Part shown: positions 9,323 to 21,400 of the stretch, one piece after another | Layout of the letters: each line of letters starts with the position of its first letter | Position numbering within the stretch: the first letter of the stretch is position 1 | From: Utricularia gibba | Lineage: Eukaryota > Plantae > Magnoliophyta | DNA length: 64,000 nucleotides | Direction: 5' to 3' | Assembly (NCBI GenBank): GCA_002189035.1 | Contig: NEEC01000009.1 | Coordinates: forward strand, 248,001 to 312,000 | Position numbers and translations under genes: made by a program | The notes under the pieces: generated by a model | Databases searched by the model: none | Told to the model about the DNA's origin: nothing | What the model saw: only the letters and a program-made list of their open reading frames with translations

Positions 9323-12300
9323 ATGGCCTGTGCTCTCTCGTCGGTCATGTCGGCGGCAATGTTTAGCTGTATGCGCCACTTCTTTTTGTGTGTGCAGTTG
9401 GTTGCTCTGCTCTCGTTTTTTTTTTTTTGTTTTAATTTCATGTTTCACTTTCCGAATATGTATTCGGAGTACAGGCCAACATTCCTTATGGCGGAGGGTT
9501 TGCGGTTTTCATCCGCGTAAGGATTTGACTAATTTGTTAGTATCCTGCTCAGCTGGGAAGCGTGGTCTCCATATTGTTGGTTCCAGCTCAGCCAGTAGTA
9601 AATTCAATGGTTCAGATGTTTCGGATGGTGAATTTGCGTCTTCTCCGTACATTTGGCCGGATGGCGTTAAGGTTGGATTTTGGTTGTTTCCATTATTTTA
9701 TGTTATGGGCAACAAGCATCTTGAAAGTGTTGGCTAGTCATAGGGAGGATTGGTAATATTGAAGACGTTGTTAGTTCTAATTGGATTGGTGGATGATCAA
9801 ACATTGTTTATGAAAATGCTGTCTCTCTGTGATTAACGCACAATTTTGGCAGCAGAGACCGAGGGTCTGCATACTTGGTGGTGGTTTTGGAGGCCTCTAT
9901 ACTGCTCTAAGACTAGAGTCACTTGAATGGCCTGAAGGAAAGAAACCTCAGGTAACCTGTGATCTGAGCTTCATCTAGATGATCTTTGCTCATAATTCAG
10001 AGACCGGATGCTGACTGTTCATTTTTTTTTTCTAAAATTTGAATGTATTTTATGAGCGTGAAAGGAATGATGCCTAATAATATATTTAAGGCGATTTCAA
10101 GAGGTATCTAGTTGCTTCAAAATGTGTTAAGGTGACTGGACCTATCGATGTTTTTTTTTTCCGTGCTCATTGTTCGGCTACCATGCAATAGGTCGTTCTG
10201 GTGGATCAGTCAGAGCGCTTTGTATTCAAGCCTTTATTATATGAACTACTCTCTGGAGGTATATTTTATTTCTTCATTTGTTTGTGTTTATGTACATGAT
10301 TTGGAGTGGGTTATTTTTGGAGTGCTCTGAGGATTTATTAGCTTGCTTGTTTATTGCTTGCAGAAGTAGATGAATGGGAAATAGCTCCTCGTTTCTCAGA
10401 TTTGCTGTTGAACACTTCTGTACATTTCTTTAAGGATAAAGTGCGATCTTTACATCCCTATGATCATTTGGTAATAGATGGACCAGCATCATCTGGCTCT
10501 GCTGGAACCGTCCATCTTCACAGCGGTCTATTAATTGAATATGACTGGTAAAGTTAGTGTGCATACCTGTAATCTCATAGTCAGCATGGGGTAACTCATG
10601 AGGGTGCTTTAGAACTTCTCTGGTTCATAATGTTAAACTGATACCTACTTCTTTACCTGGGCAGCCAGGCTGGTACTTGCGCTAGGAGCTGAAACAAAAC
10701 TTAATTTGGTGCCTGGTGCAGATGAAAATGCATTACCATTTTCAACGCTTGAGGATGCACATGTAAGCCTGTTATTATTCTTCTGAGATCCTTTGCAGTG
10801 TGATGCCTCAGTCTCTCACGATTTTTGCTATTTTCAAATTCAGAAGGTGAATCAAAAGCTGAGACAACTTGAGAGGAAGTACTTTGGTAGTGACTCACCT
10901 ATATGTGTTGCTGTCGTTGGATGTGGTTACTCTGGTGTTGAATTGGCTGCCACAATAGCTGAAAGATTGAAATCTGGCGGCATTGTACATGCCATCAATG
11001 CTGAAAATCTGATCTTGCCAAATGCACCATCTGGGAGTAGGGAGTCTGCAATGAAAGTAAGATGCCTTTTATTAGTCGGTATAGTTTTTTTTACCTCCTT
11101 GATCATTATATTCATCTGTTGACACTTGTACCCCATGCGTGGTTCATTTTACATTGTTTGTCTCAATTTTGCATTTAAAGTTTCAGTTGACTCAACCACA
11201 AGCTCTGCTCCTGGCAGGTTCTTTCATCAAGGAATGTTCAGCTGTTATTGGGTTACTATGTCACCTGTATAAGAAGAGGTTCCGAGTCAGGGTCTTCCTC
11301 GGAAGTTATTGATGTTAAATTGTCGCACAATACGCCCAAGAGTCATAGTAAAGAGAAAAATATAATAGAGCTGCAGCCCATAGAGAAGCGATTACCCAGC
11401 CAAATCATTGAAGCCGACTTAATACTGTGGACAGTTGGAAACAAACCCCTTCTATCAGAGCTAGAAAGCAATGGTAAGCCCAGTCCTCTGCCCTTAAATG
11501 GCAGAGGACAGGCAGAAACAGATGAAAATCTCCGTGTTAAGGGTCACCCACGCATATTTGCTGTTGGTGACTCTTCCGGTGTCAGGGATGGAAATGGAAG
11601 ATTGCTTCCAACGACTGCACAGGTAAAGCTTCTTTCTTAATTGTTCTACCTAAGCATCATAACAAAGGAATAAAATCCATCTGGCCGTAACATGTTTTTT
11701 TATGTGCTTAGGTGGCAATTCAGGAGGCAGATTTTGCTGGTTGGAATATATGGGCTGCAATTAATGGTCGGCCACTCCTTCCATTTAGGTACTAATTCTT
11801 GAAGTCTTTTGCCTACCAGCTTATTACCTTGTTCACGAGCAAGACGCGTGATAAGTTTTACCTGTTTATGTAGATACAGCCCTTATATTTTTATCGTTCT
11901 TACAATATGAGACACGTGACGATTCTTTTTACCGACTATAAAACTGCCATATGCTTTGTCTTTTTGAAGTTTAAAGCGGTTCTTTTGAATAATAATCTTG
12001 ACTATGACTGCCCTTTTGTGGTAAATTGATGTTTTTCCGCTGTAGGTTCCAGAATTTGGGTGAGATGATGACTCTTGGAAGGTATGATGCAGCCATATCA
12101 CCCAGCTTTCTTGAGGGCGTAACACTGGATGGGCCAATTGGACACACCGGTATTAGCCAAATGCTGTTCATCAACACCCTCTCGCTTAAGTCACCATCTC
12201 CCTTGACATACCCATCTGTCTGGTTTCAGCAAGGAAATTAGCATACTTGATTCGACTTCCAACCGACAAGCATCGAGTACAAGTTGGAATCAGCTGGCTT

Positions 12301-12369
12301 ACAAAGACTGCCATAGACTCGACTTCTCTGCTGCAGACTGCAATTACGAAATTGCTTTCTGGACAGTAG
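9323..12369 (+). CDS. NDC1: Type II NAD(P)H dehydrogenase C1 (plastid/mitochondrial), multi-exon
   Basis: RPRVCILGGGFGGLYTALRL, EVDEWEIAPRFSDLL, VAVVGCGYSGVELAAT, GHPRIFAVGD and FQNLGEMMTLGRYDAA; stop at 12367-12369. Confidence 0.95.
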
Positions 12370-12544
12370 AAGAGAGAAGGTAAAGGTTACAATATCATTA
12401 GTGGTCCTCAAGCATTAGCCACGCATGTTGTAATCTGTTACTGAACTACATTATTTACCATCTATGTGTTTGTAGCAAAGTTTCGTCATCATTGTTTTGA
12501 ATTGCAACAGATGTACAATATTCACAACACAGCACTAGAACAGC

Positions 12545-15500
12545 CTAAATCATGTCGAAATCCTTGAGTTTCAATAGCAACGTCTCTGTTTCATGTGAAA
12601 TGTTATTCTCCATGCTGTTGATTCTATTAGACTGAAGAATCGTCTTCCTTTCTCTGGATTGTCTGTTTGGGTGCCTCACCTTTAGGGCCAGCAGCCTGGA
12701 CACTTCAAGTAGTCCTCCCCATTTCTCCAATGCCCTTGCAATATCGTAGCGACCTTCACCAACACAATGTCGCAACAGGCCGACAGGTGATGCTTGTGAA
12801 AAGGTAACTCATTATTGTGCAAATAGCGTGATGTGGTTACCTGCTCTTTCAAAGGTCTTTCTGCTTGGCATGAAAGCAGGATCCATGCCCCAACTCTTTT
12901 GGAATCTGCTGATCTGCAGAAGAAAGCAACTTGCCTCACGGGGAAACAAAAGGGAAACCAGAGTTTCACCTACTAACCTCTTCCTGCAGATTTTCAAGAT
13001 CATCCCAGTATCCTTTTGGTTTGCGTTGCTTGTATGCCAGAGAAAGGTTCATCAGCGATGCGATCCTCCGAAATCCACCCATGCGAGTAATCGCCTTCTC
13101 AATATCCACCCTCCCATGTTTCCTTAATTGCTTCCGCATTGGCATGAACCCTTCTCGCCCATGTTCAGAAATGAACTTTGAGAGCTCAGATTTAAGAACC
13201 TCGATGCTCCTCTGTAACCCTGGAACTTTGGGTTGTCTTCTGTAATAATTAGAAGTTCCGTGGGAGTTGTCATCCGCCTCCTCGCCCTCATCACTGGAAT
13301 AATTGAATCCTTCACTTCTTGACACAGCTCTCTGCAACTCTTCACCAGCCTCTGCAGTTGTCTGATGACTTTCAGTCTCCCTTTTCTCCACATAATCCCT
13401 TATTGCACATAAGTTTGAAGGCAGGTCCTCATATATAACCTGAAAGGGTACCATGAAGCAGCATTGAAACAAACCAGTTAGCACAGGATCATCTGCCAAA
13501 GATCTTCCACATGTAGCTGAAAGGTTGAATTTCTGAAACAAGATCATGATATGCACTTGATTTTCAGCCCGGTTATACTTCAGCTTTGTTTCAAAATGGA
13601 ATGCACATCTTTGAATGGGCAAGCGAGGTGTGGCTTCAATGGTCACTAACCTCCTCCATGATGGCTTCAGAAAGAAGGGAATTTTTATGCATTTTTGACT
13701 CCACAGAATACTTCAGCAGTGTGTGGTGGCTACCAAGCTTCTCCAGAATCCATTTCCCTTGAAATGATTGGAAGTCGCCTTCAACCTGCTCGAATGTAAT
13801 CTCTTGCTCAAAGTGCTCGCACAAATCAAGAATTACACGAGCATGGAGAACCATGTACAGCAGCCCCTTGCATCCTTCCTGCATCAAAACAGGTTTAAAA
13901 CAACATGCCTCCAACCTCATGAGGGGATCCAAAACGGAAAGAACTGTTACCTGGAGTATTCTAACTTTATTGTTTTCTCGAGATAAAACCTTACTTATTG
14001 CTAAATTTGGAACTATCCTGCGTCATTTTGAAACATTTCCTTTGGGATGAGCTGATGGTTTCAAGTACTAGAATACAGGAACAAAATCAGTATGCAACTC
14101 ACTCAGGAAGCTTCTCATAAGCTGTGAGAATGTTCCACAGCTCAGAAACAGTAGCCTTGACAGTAATGCTGGCAACTACACAACGATGAACCCCTCCATC
14201 TTCCTTTAGAAAGATCATGCTTTTAATCAGGCCCAATACACTTACAACTGGATGAAAGGCTTGAATTTATAGACAAGTCCTGAATAGTTACCAGTAAGCC
14301 ATCAAATCTACGGAGGTGGATTTCATCGACCAGGCAGGGCTTGTCGAGTGGACATGATTTCCCATAGATTCCCCAGTTGCTGTTTAGCTCTCCAACGCAA
14401 GGTGACAATGGACCAAAAGCAGCTTTGACATACTTCTCCATTAGGCTTCCATTATTAGAACTGTTCTTCAATGACACAGAATCTCCAATATCCATGTTTC
14501 CATTATGAGACAGTATAGTGGATGATTCAAAGGATTCTGCACAAGCATCAGCATGGTTCCCTTCAAAATTGCTTTCAGACCTGCAAGCTAGTGCTTGCAG
14601 GTTTTTAGGAAGGTCCGATCGGATAATCCTTTCTATGAATATTGCAGGGAAGTTGAACCGCGGTATCACATTCAATTCATATGTCAACGTTGTAACCTGA
14701 GACCTAATGCAGGAGCATGCAGAAAAATTTTCAAATCAAAGAGCAGAAATCTGGAAGAGTATCGCAGATAACAAATCTTAGTGGCCGGTTCAGACTTACA
14801 AGGCAAATATATATACCTTTCCTCAGACTTCACTGACCATTTGCCTTCAAATTTATTGAAGTCACCATCAACCATCGAAAAGCAAAGTTCACGATCATTC
14901 TTCTGAAGAGTGATGGCAGCAGATGAATAACATGGAGAAAAAAATGCAAATAATAGGTAAAAAAAGTTGCCAAAGTTGTAAATGGAACTGAATTTTGCTT
15001 CAAACCAGCTTCATTTTCAAATATTCAATGCAAAGCAATACACCAGAGCAATGCTAGAATTCAACTACCCACAGATATGAGATGCTCTTGAAGATCCAAA
15101 ACAACACGAGCCTCTATATGCCAGTATAGTGCTCTTTGCAAGCCTCTTTGCTCCAACCATATCCTTCCCGGATGTGGGCATGGAATTGTTCGACTGATCC
15201 ATTATCAACAGAAAGATTGATGAAATCTGATTGATCATTAACATCATGATACAGTATAAAAGCATAACAAGAAACATAAACCCAAATTCCTTTTACGCCT
15301 ATAGCAGATCAATAAAGTGTACCTGCTAACAAGATTAGGGATGAAATCAGCAAGCCTTTCATAGTCAGTGAGAGCATTCCACACGCATTCAACGTCTGCA
15401 TTTACTGATATCTCAGCCTTGATTCTACGTTCCCTCCAAGATATCACTTCCACTACACATTTTACCTTTCTCCCCCTACAAACTCCACGTCATCTTCCTC

Positions 15501-15770
15501 ATCAAACTTCATTTCCCCTTCCTCTTCCTCATGATGCATACAGGAGATACCCTTTCCGTTTAGATCCTTGCCCCCGTTAAATAAGTGAACTTCACTGGGA
15601 TTCCAGATAAAATTCTCATCTCTGAAGCAAAAGGAGAACAATATGCATCTTTTATGAAGAGAGAAATGCTGTTGCAGGCGGGAAACTGCAGGATTACGGT
15701 CGTGGGTACTCTTGAAGATTGATCTGAAACACTGTAATGAAGAGCTGAATGGAGGCTTAACGGTAAACAT
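12545..15770 (-). CDS. Double polyketide cyclase/START-like (SRPBCC) protein with C-terminal repeat domain (At5g08720/PPP1-like), multi-exon
   Basis: VWNALTDYERLADFIPNL, VDGDFNKFEGKW, EQVEGDFQSFQGKW, GFMPMRKQLRKHGRVDIEKAI and ALEKWGGLLEVSRLL; N-terminal transit-peptide-like exon. Confidence 0.85.
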
Positions 15771-16129
15771 GGAGTCTCAGCGTGAGCATTCAGTACTGTG
15801 CGTGAGCTACAACCATCAGATAGTAAGCTTTCAATTTGCTTTTACCGTTCACGTCCTGAGCAAATTGTGTGGCCAATAGAGGGTGCAATGCCTGTCCACA
15901 TGAAAGTTGCTTACTTTTTGGCCCCTCATCTTGTTTTATCTACGGCTTCGCACCCCAAAACAATTCCAGAATCTCCCCAAAATTTATCCTTATCACAAAA
16001 AAAACCCTGACTATTTTATAGCACAAGATTTCCGAAGAGTCGTGCAGTGACCTGAGTTGGGTTGTAGCATACGCATCTGCTGCGCTGCGGCTGGGCTGAT
16101 TTTTTCCCTGATATCAACAGGATTAAAAA

Positions 16130-18034
16130 ATGGGCACCTCCGGTTATACTGCACCAAGGGAGTCTGCAGGGTTCCGATGTGTGCGGTGTGGTTCTCCGAT
16201 ACAGACACTGTATATTCAATATTCTCCTGGAAATATTCGTCTCACGAAATGTGTAAACTATCGCGTCATTGCAATTTGCACTTACTTTTTTCCATCTGTT
16301 TATCCGCCCTCATTTCTTGAACTCATCTCAGGAAAAATGCAAAGCTGTTGCTGATGAGTACATTGAGTGCGAGGTTATGGTAATCAAAAAAATTAGAGTT
16401 TTTTTTTTCATCAGATGAGATCTTCTTCTCTTTCTCCTTGCTCTCAAAATTGCAACTTGAATTTTTTTTAGAGCTGGCATCTTCTTCTCTTTCTAATTAT
16501 TTTTCTTCATTGTAATTGGGTAGATCCTCATAATTGATCTGATCCTTCACAAGCCCAAAGCGTATAGACATGTATTCTATAACATTCCAACAATAAGAAA
16601 TGATGGGTTTCAGGTAAATCTTTGTCTCCATTTGCTTTTTTTTTGGTAATTTGTCTGTGTAGCTCTCGTGACATTGTATTATTGCAGAACTTCCTTTGGA
16701 AATCAGTTACAGCATACCTTTTTCTGGATATCTGTATCCTCGGTTATTTTATTTTATTTTTTCTGTGAACTGCTATCCCAAATTCCATTATTTGTTCAAG
16801 TTACTGCCTTAGCCAATACAGGCCATACCTGGGCTTTGAGTGCAAAAGACATGGAATGGCCGTCTTCCACGAGTCTCACATCTTTGCTAGTGAAATTTGG
16901 AGAGGTTTTTAATTACTTATTAGTGTTAAGTACCTTCAATAGTCACTCGATTTCCTTGTAGGGGTATCAAATTAGAATCGTTTTTTTGCATGTCAGATGG
17001 TTACTTGTGTCATTTCTACGAATCTCTTTGTTTTCTTCATTCTGCTTCATGCTGTTAAGAGCTTTCTGAGTGCATTAGATGGAATACACGGGTGATCCTT
17101 GCTCAAACTCTCTGTTTGTTACCAAAAATTGGTTCTTGAAACTGAATAACACGATGCTAATTTTAACAGATGGAAACATATGATGCTGGCCTTGTGCCTT
17201 TCTAGTTATTTCAAGATCTTTCTGATGGCTATGATGGTATGTTACTGTTGCTTATAAGGCTGTTGTTCCTCCAACATATTTGCTCGGTCATGTTCATCAA
17301 ATGCATGTTGCAGGTCTGGGAATTTCCTTCCTCCATGGTCTTCATCATTGAGATTTTTGTCCTATCCTCCAACATTGTAGCTTTGAAAGGTGAGCAATAT
17401 CAAATGCAAGTGGAGTCCCTAGTTAAAAATATGGTTTCCTAATTCACTCTCAGCAACACTTCTGTTGCAAGCTTGCACTGGCTAGCTGATGTAGGAACTT
17501 TATGCGAGGAATTTGGTTCTAATTTCAAGAAATCGAACCGGGATCCACTGCAGACCATTTTAGCTAATAAAAGATTAGCTAGCCTTAGAATACCCTAGAG
17601 TGAAACTCTCATAGTCAAAGATGGGTGAACTGTTTTCAAGTTTCCATTTCAGCATTAAAGTTTGTAGATGCGAGTTTCGAAAAAAAAGTAGAGGGCTTTG
17701 TATGATGCATACCTGAAACTGATGATGATAACTAAAAAAATGCTTTTTAAATAGTGATCACCAACTCCGGGATGATGCAATGCATGGCTGTCTGTATCTT
17801 GGCCCATGGTCTAAAGCTCCTTATCACCCAAGGGCAAAGCAAGATCTTCCGATGACCTCCCAAATACCCTGCTCTATCTCACAGTATAGTCCACCATCAC
17901 CCTTTCGAGAAAGGCTATGTTTTTACCCATTTATTGCCTCAACCACTGTTGTTTTTGCAGTGGTTAGTGAGTGCTTCGGAGTGGTGAATTATGTGCTGAT
18001 GATCCATTGTCGATTGTCCTCTCCCCAGAAATGA
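16130..18034 (+). CDS. ARV1: ARV1-family ER lipid/sterol homeostasis protein, multi-exon (last exon 17961-18034 tentative)
   Basis: CVRCGSPIQTLYIQYSPGNIRLTKC..CKAVADEYIECE zinc-binding AHD motif; SSYFKIFLMAMMVWEFPSS and SNIVALK. Confidence 0.9.
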
Positions 18035-18391
18035 CTTCTGCAATGGACGCCTTCAACTCTCCAAAAGTGCCGGTTTTTATTTGGTCTTGCCATTTTTGAG
18101 AATGATTTTGTAGCATTTACTTGTAAATTAGTGGGAATGAATGGCATGATTTCTTAAACCTTGACATCTTCATCTGATGGCTGCACTCGAAAATCCATGG
18201 GTTTTGGAGGCAGGGTTTCTTCTAAGCACAGAGGAGCTGAGGATGAGTGGAAAAAGATAACCGTTATGTTAGGGTTCAAACTTTAAACCGGTGCAGAGAA
18301 TGGATAACAGAATTTTGAAAAAGCCGGTTTTAAAAAAAGAAATCTGACACACCTTCCTCCGCATTTCCATTGAAATATCGGCTCCCACCTA

Positions 18392-18400
18392 AAACCCTAA
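18392..18400 (+). promoter_or_regulatory. Telo-box (AAACCCTAA) upstream of NUP1
   Basis: Exact motif ~60 bp upstream of the ATG at 18462. Confidence 0.5.
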
Positions 18401-18461
18401 TTGACGCCATTGGAAGTGGCACTTTCTCTCTCTCTTCGGCGCGGACTTTCAAATCGATTGT

Positions 18462-21400
18462 ATGGCGACGGCGGAAGAAGGCGGGGTCACGGCCATCACA
18501 ACTCCATCTTCGTACGGCGGTGGCGGAGTGGGAGGGAAGTTTCGGAGGAAAGCTTTTCGCAGACAGGCCACTCCTTACGATCGTCCTCCCGCTGCTCTTC
18601 GAGGAATCAGCCACAATTCTGGAGGCTGGCTTGCGAAGATTTTCGTGGACCCTGCCCGTAAGCTTCTTTCGCATGGGGTGGACAGGCTGTTTGCCTCGGT
18701 TTTCCGCAAGCGTCTTCCTGCGCCTGTGCCTCAACGGCAACCAGGTTACATGGCGTTTCATTTCATCTTTGCGTTTTGTTTTGGGGAGGGAATTAGTTTT
18801 CAGCAATTTTTTTAGGCCAATTGAGATTTAAAATGGTGGATTTAACCCCTGAGTTTCAATTCTGTTGAAGCTTTTCCTGGGGGAGCACGCAAGTTGTGGG
18901 TTAGCGTATGAGTAAATAGGAGTCCACATTCCAACATCTAAGCGCCTTCAGCATTTTTCTGCATTATTTAGGACCACCGGAGCTTCATGCGTCAGTTTAA
19001 TTTTTTTTTTTAATGATTCTGTCATGTATATGGGGAAATTTAGGGTCGTCGTTTGGTTGGCTTTGCCATGTGGTTTGATGTTGAATGCATGTTATTCTTC
19101 AGAGGTGAACAGCAGCTCCGATGATGCGACTCAGCCGCAACTTTGTAATGTAAGTACAATCAATGGCTTTACGTTTTGGGGTCTCTTAGGCTGTTGATTC
19201 CTGTATATGTTTCTTTCTAGCTGTTAATTTTCGCCTTCCATACTGCATGGACAGATCTCTTCGATCCTTGTACCTTGATTGTTTATTGCAATCTTTCTTC
19301 CTGTGTGTTTTTGTATTCTAAAGTGTCTAGAAGGTTTATTTCTGAGAATAAGCCATATCAAAAAAATCTTATTTCCGGTAGTTAAGTTACCAGAAAAGTT
19401 ACCTGCATTTAAAGCTCTTATGTGCTGGGCTGAACTATTGCACTGTCACATTCAATGACTACTAACCCAAATACGCATGCTATGACATTTTTGAAAAGAT
19501 TGTCCTCTCCACCCTTCCTTGCCTCCTGGATGTCAGGCGCAAAACGCACTAGCTCACTGTAAACTTTCCGTGTAGTGTCTTACTTGAAGTTTCATGGACT
19601 TTGTACCTTGTTTTTCTTGGGCCATTTTTTTGAATTTCTAAAAATGGCTTGAGTACTTGTTTTGCCTTCCGATAATAAAGGGTGAAGAAACTCGAGAGCA
19701 GCTTGTAGAAGGTGAATGCAGTCATCTAACTGGTGGTTCCATGGGCAAAAAAATCTCTGATGTTGAACAATTTTTGAAGCAGAATACATTTACCAGGTAA
19801 TGGTATTAGATGCGTAGATTCTCATGAAACATGAGGGCCAGGGGAGTGGACTGCCTCGTGCCATTTCATTTTAATCTGGGATCCAATTGTGTGTGGCCTG
19901 CATACTTTCATGATTCTTTTTTCCCGCATGCTTGCCTCGTGCTGTTTAGTATCTTTTTTTTTACTACACCAATCTTTTTGAAACTTTGAGGATTCCACCC
20001 ATGTAATTACCTCCCTACATCAAGTTTTGCGCTGTGCTCCTCTTCATGTCTCATGTTAAATCATTCAATGAGCCTGACTATGCAGGCCTGAAATAGTTCG
20101 TCTGACTGAACTATTGCAATACAAGGCAGCAGAGGTTTCTTCAAATGATTCTTGTAAGGAGAGAGATGATTCAGCAGTAGCTTTTGGTCAGCATGGACAG
20201 TTTTCCAGTCCTGCAGTGGAAAACAGAAAGGATATGTGGTTTTCTTCTTCCATTTCTACTCCAGTACATCAGTCCAAAGTACGATAAAACCTATTTCAAT
20301 CATAAGAGTTTAGCAGTGTTACGTTTGTTGTGGTTTTTCTTACTGCTTACCGAGATTTTTTTTTTTTTTTTTTTGCATTGTTCTCATATCATCATACATT
20401 TTTTTCATTTGATCAGGAGGTTAACATTGTTCTTTAAATTTCCATCAGGTGCCGGGGATGATATTGGTTCTCCTGCGGACATTGCAAAAGCATACATGGG
20501 GACAAGAGCTTCAAAAGCCTCCTCATCTGTGCATGGATTTCTCCACCACCGTGCTACAGAAAATATGGAACGTCCCGTTAATGGTTCATTTCCTGCCACA
20601 ACATCAGTTAAAAATAATTTTCTCGGGACTTCCATGGCTGAAAATGGTTCCACAGTACTTAATTTTGGAAGTAGAGCAGCTATTTACAACATTGCCCGCA
20701 CTCCATACTCCAGGGGCAATTCCATTTTCAAGGTTTCTTATACTTTCAAGTCCATTTTTCCTTTCTCTATACTATCTTTATCATTATGTGTCATGGAATT
20801 TCAGGTGGGTGCAAAGCTTCATAGTCAACTCCCATCTTCCTCTCCAACTTCCAGTTTAGTAGAAAATAGTGGAAGTTATGGCCCACGAGCAATGGTAAAT
20901 GATATCGCTGATTTTTTTTCACAGAAACCTATGGCGCCACATGTTCTGTGTTTGACTTCAGTAATTTCGTATGCAGAGCTTAAAGCGTAGGATTTCCGTC
21001 TTAGATGATGAACTTGGTTCCATTGGTCCAATACGGAGGATCAGGCAGAAGTCCCATCTGTTAGCATCCCGAGTTTCACATGGCATTTCTGGAGATGTCA
21101 GATCACACACGGGGCATACTCCTGAATTAATGGGTGAACGAAGTAATAAGGATTCCAGAAATGCAGTGGAAAATGGAAACTGTAATGATCCAGCCACCAG
21201 CCATGCACATGTTCCTTCCCAGTCAAGCGAGGTGGCAACCAAGATACTGCAGCAACTTGAAAAGTTGTCCCCAAAAGAAAAATTTTCGCAGTCCAAGTCA
21301 CATTTTGGGTTGGAGAAATCACGAATGCAGTTGACAGATAATATGCTTTCAAGAAGGGCACTCAGAAGCATGGAGAGACTTGACTCACCAATATTGTCGT

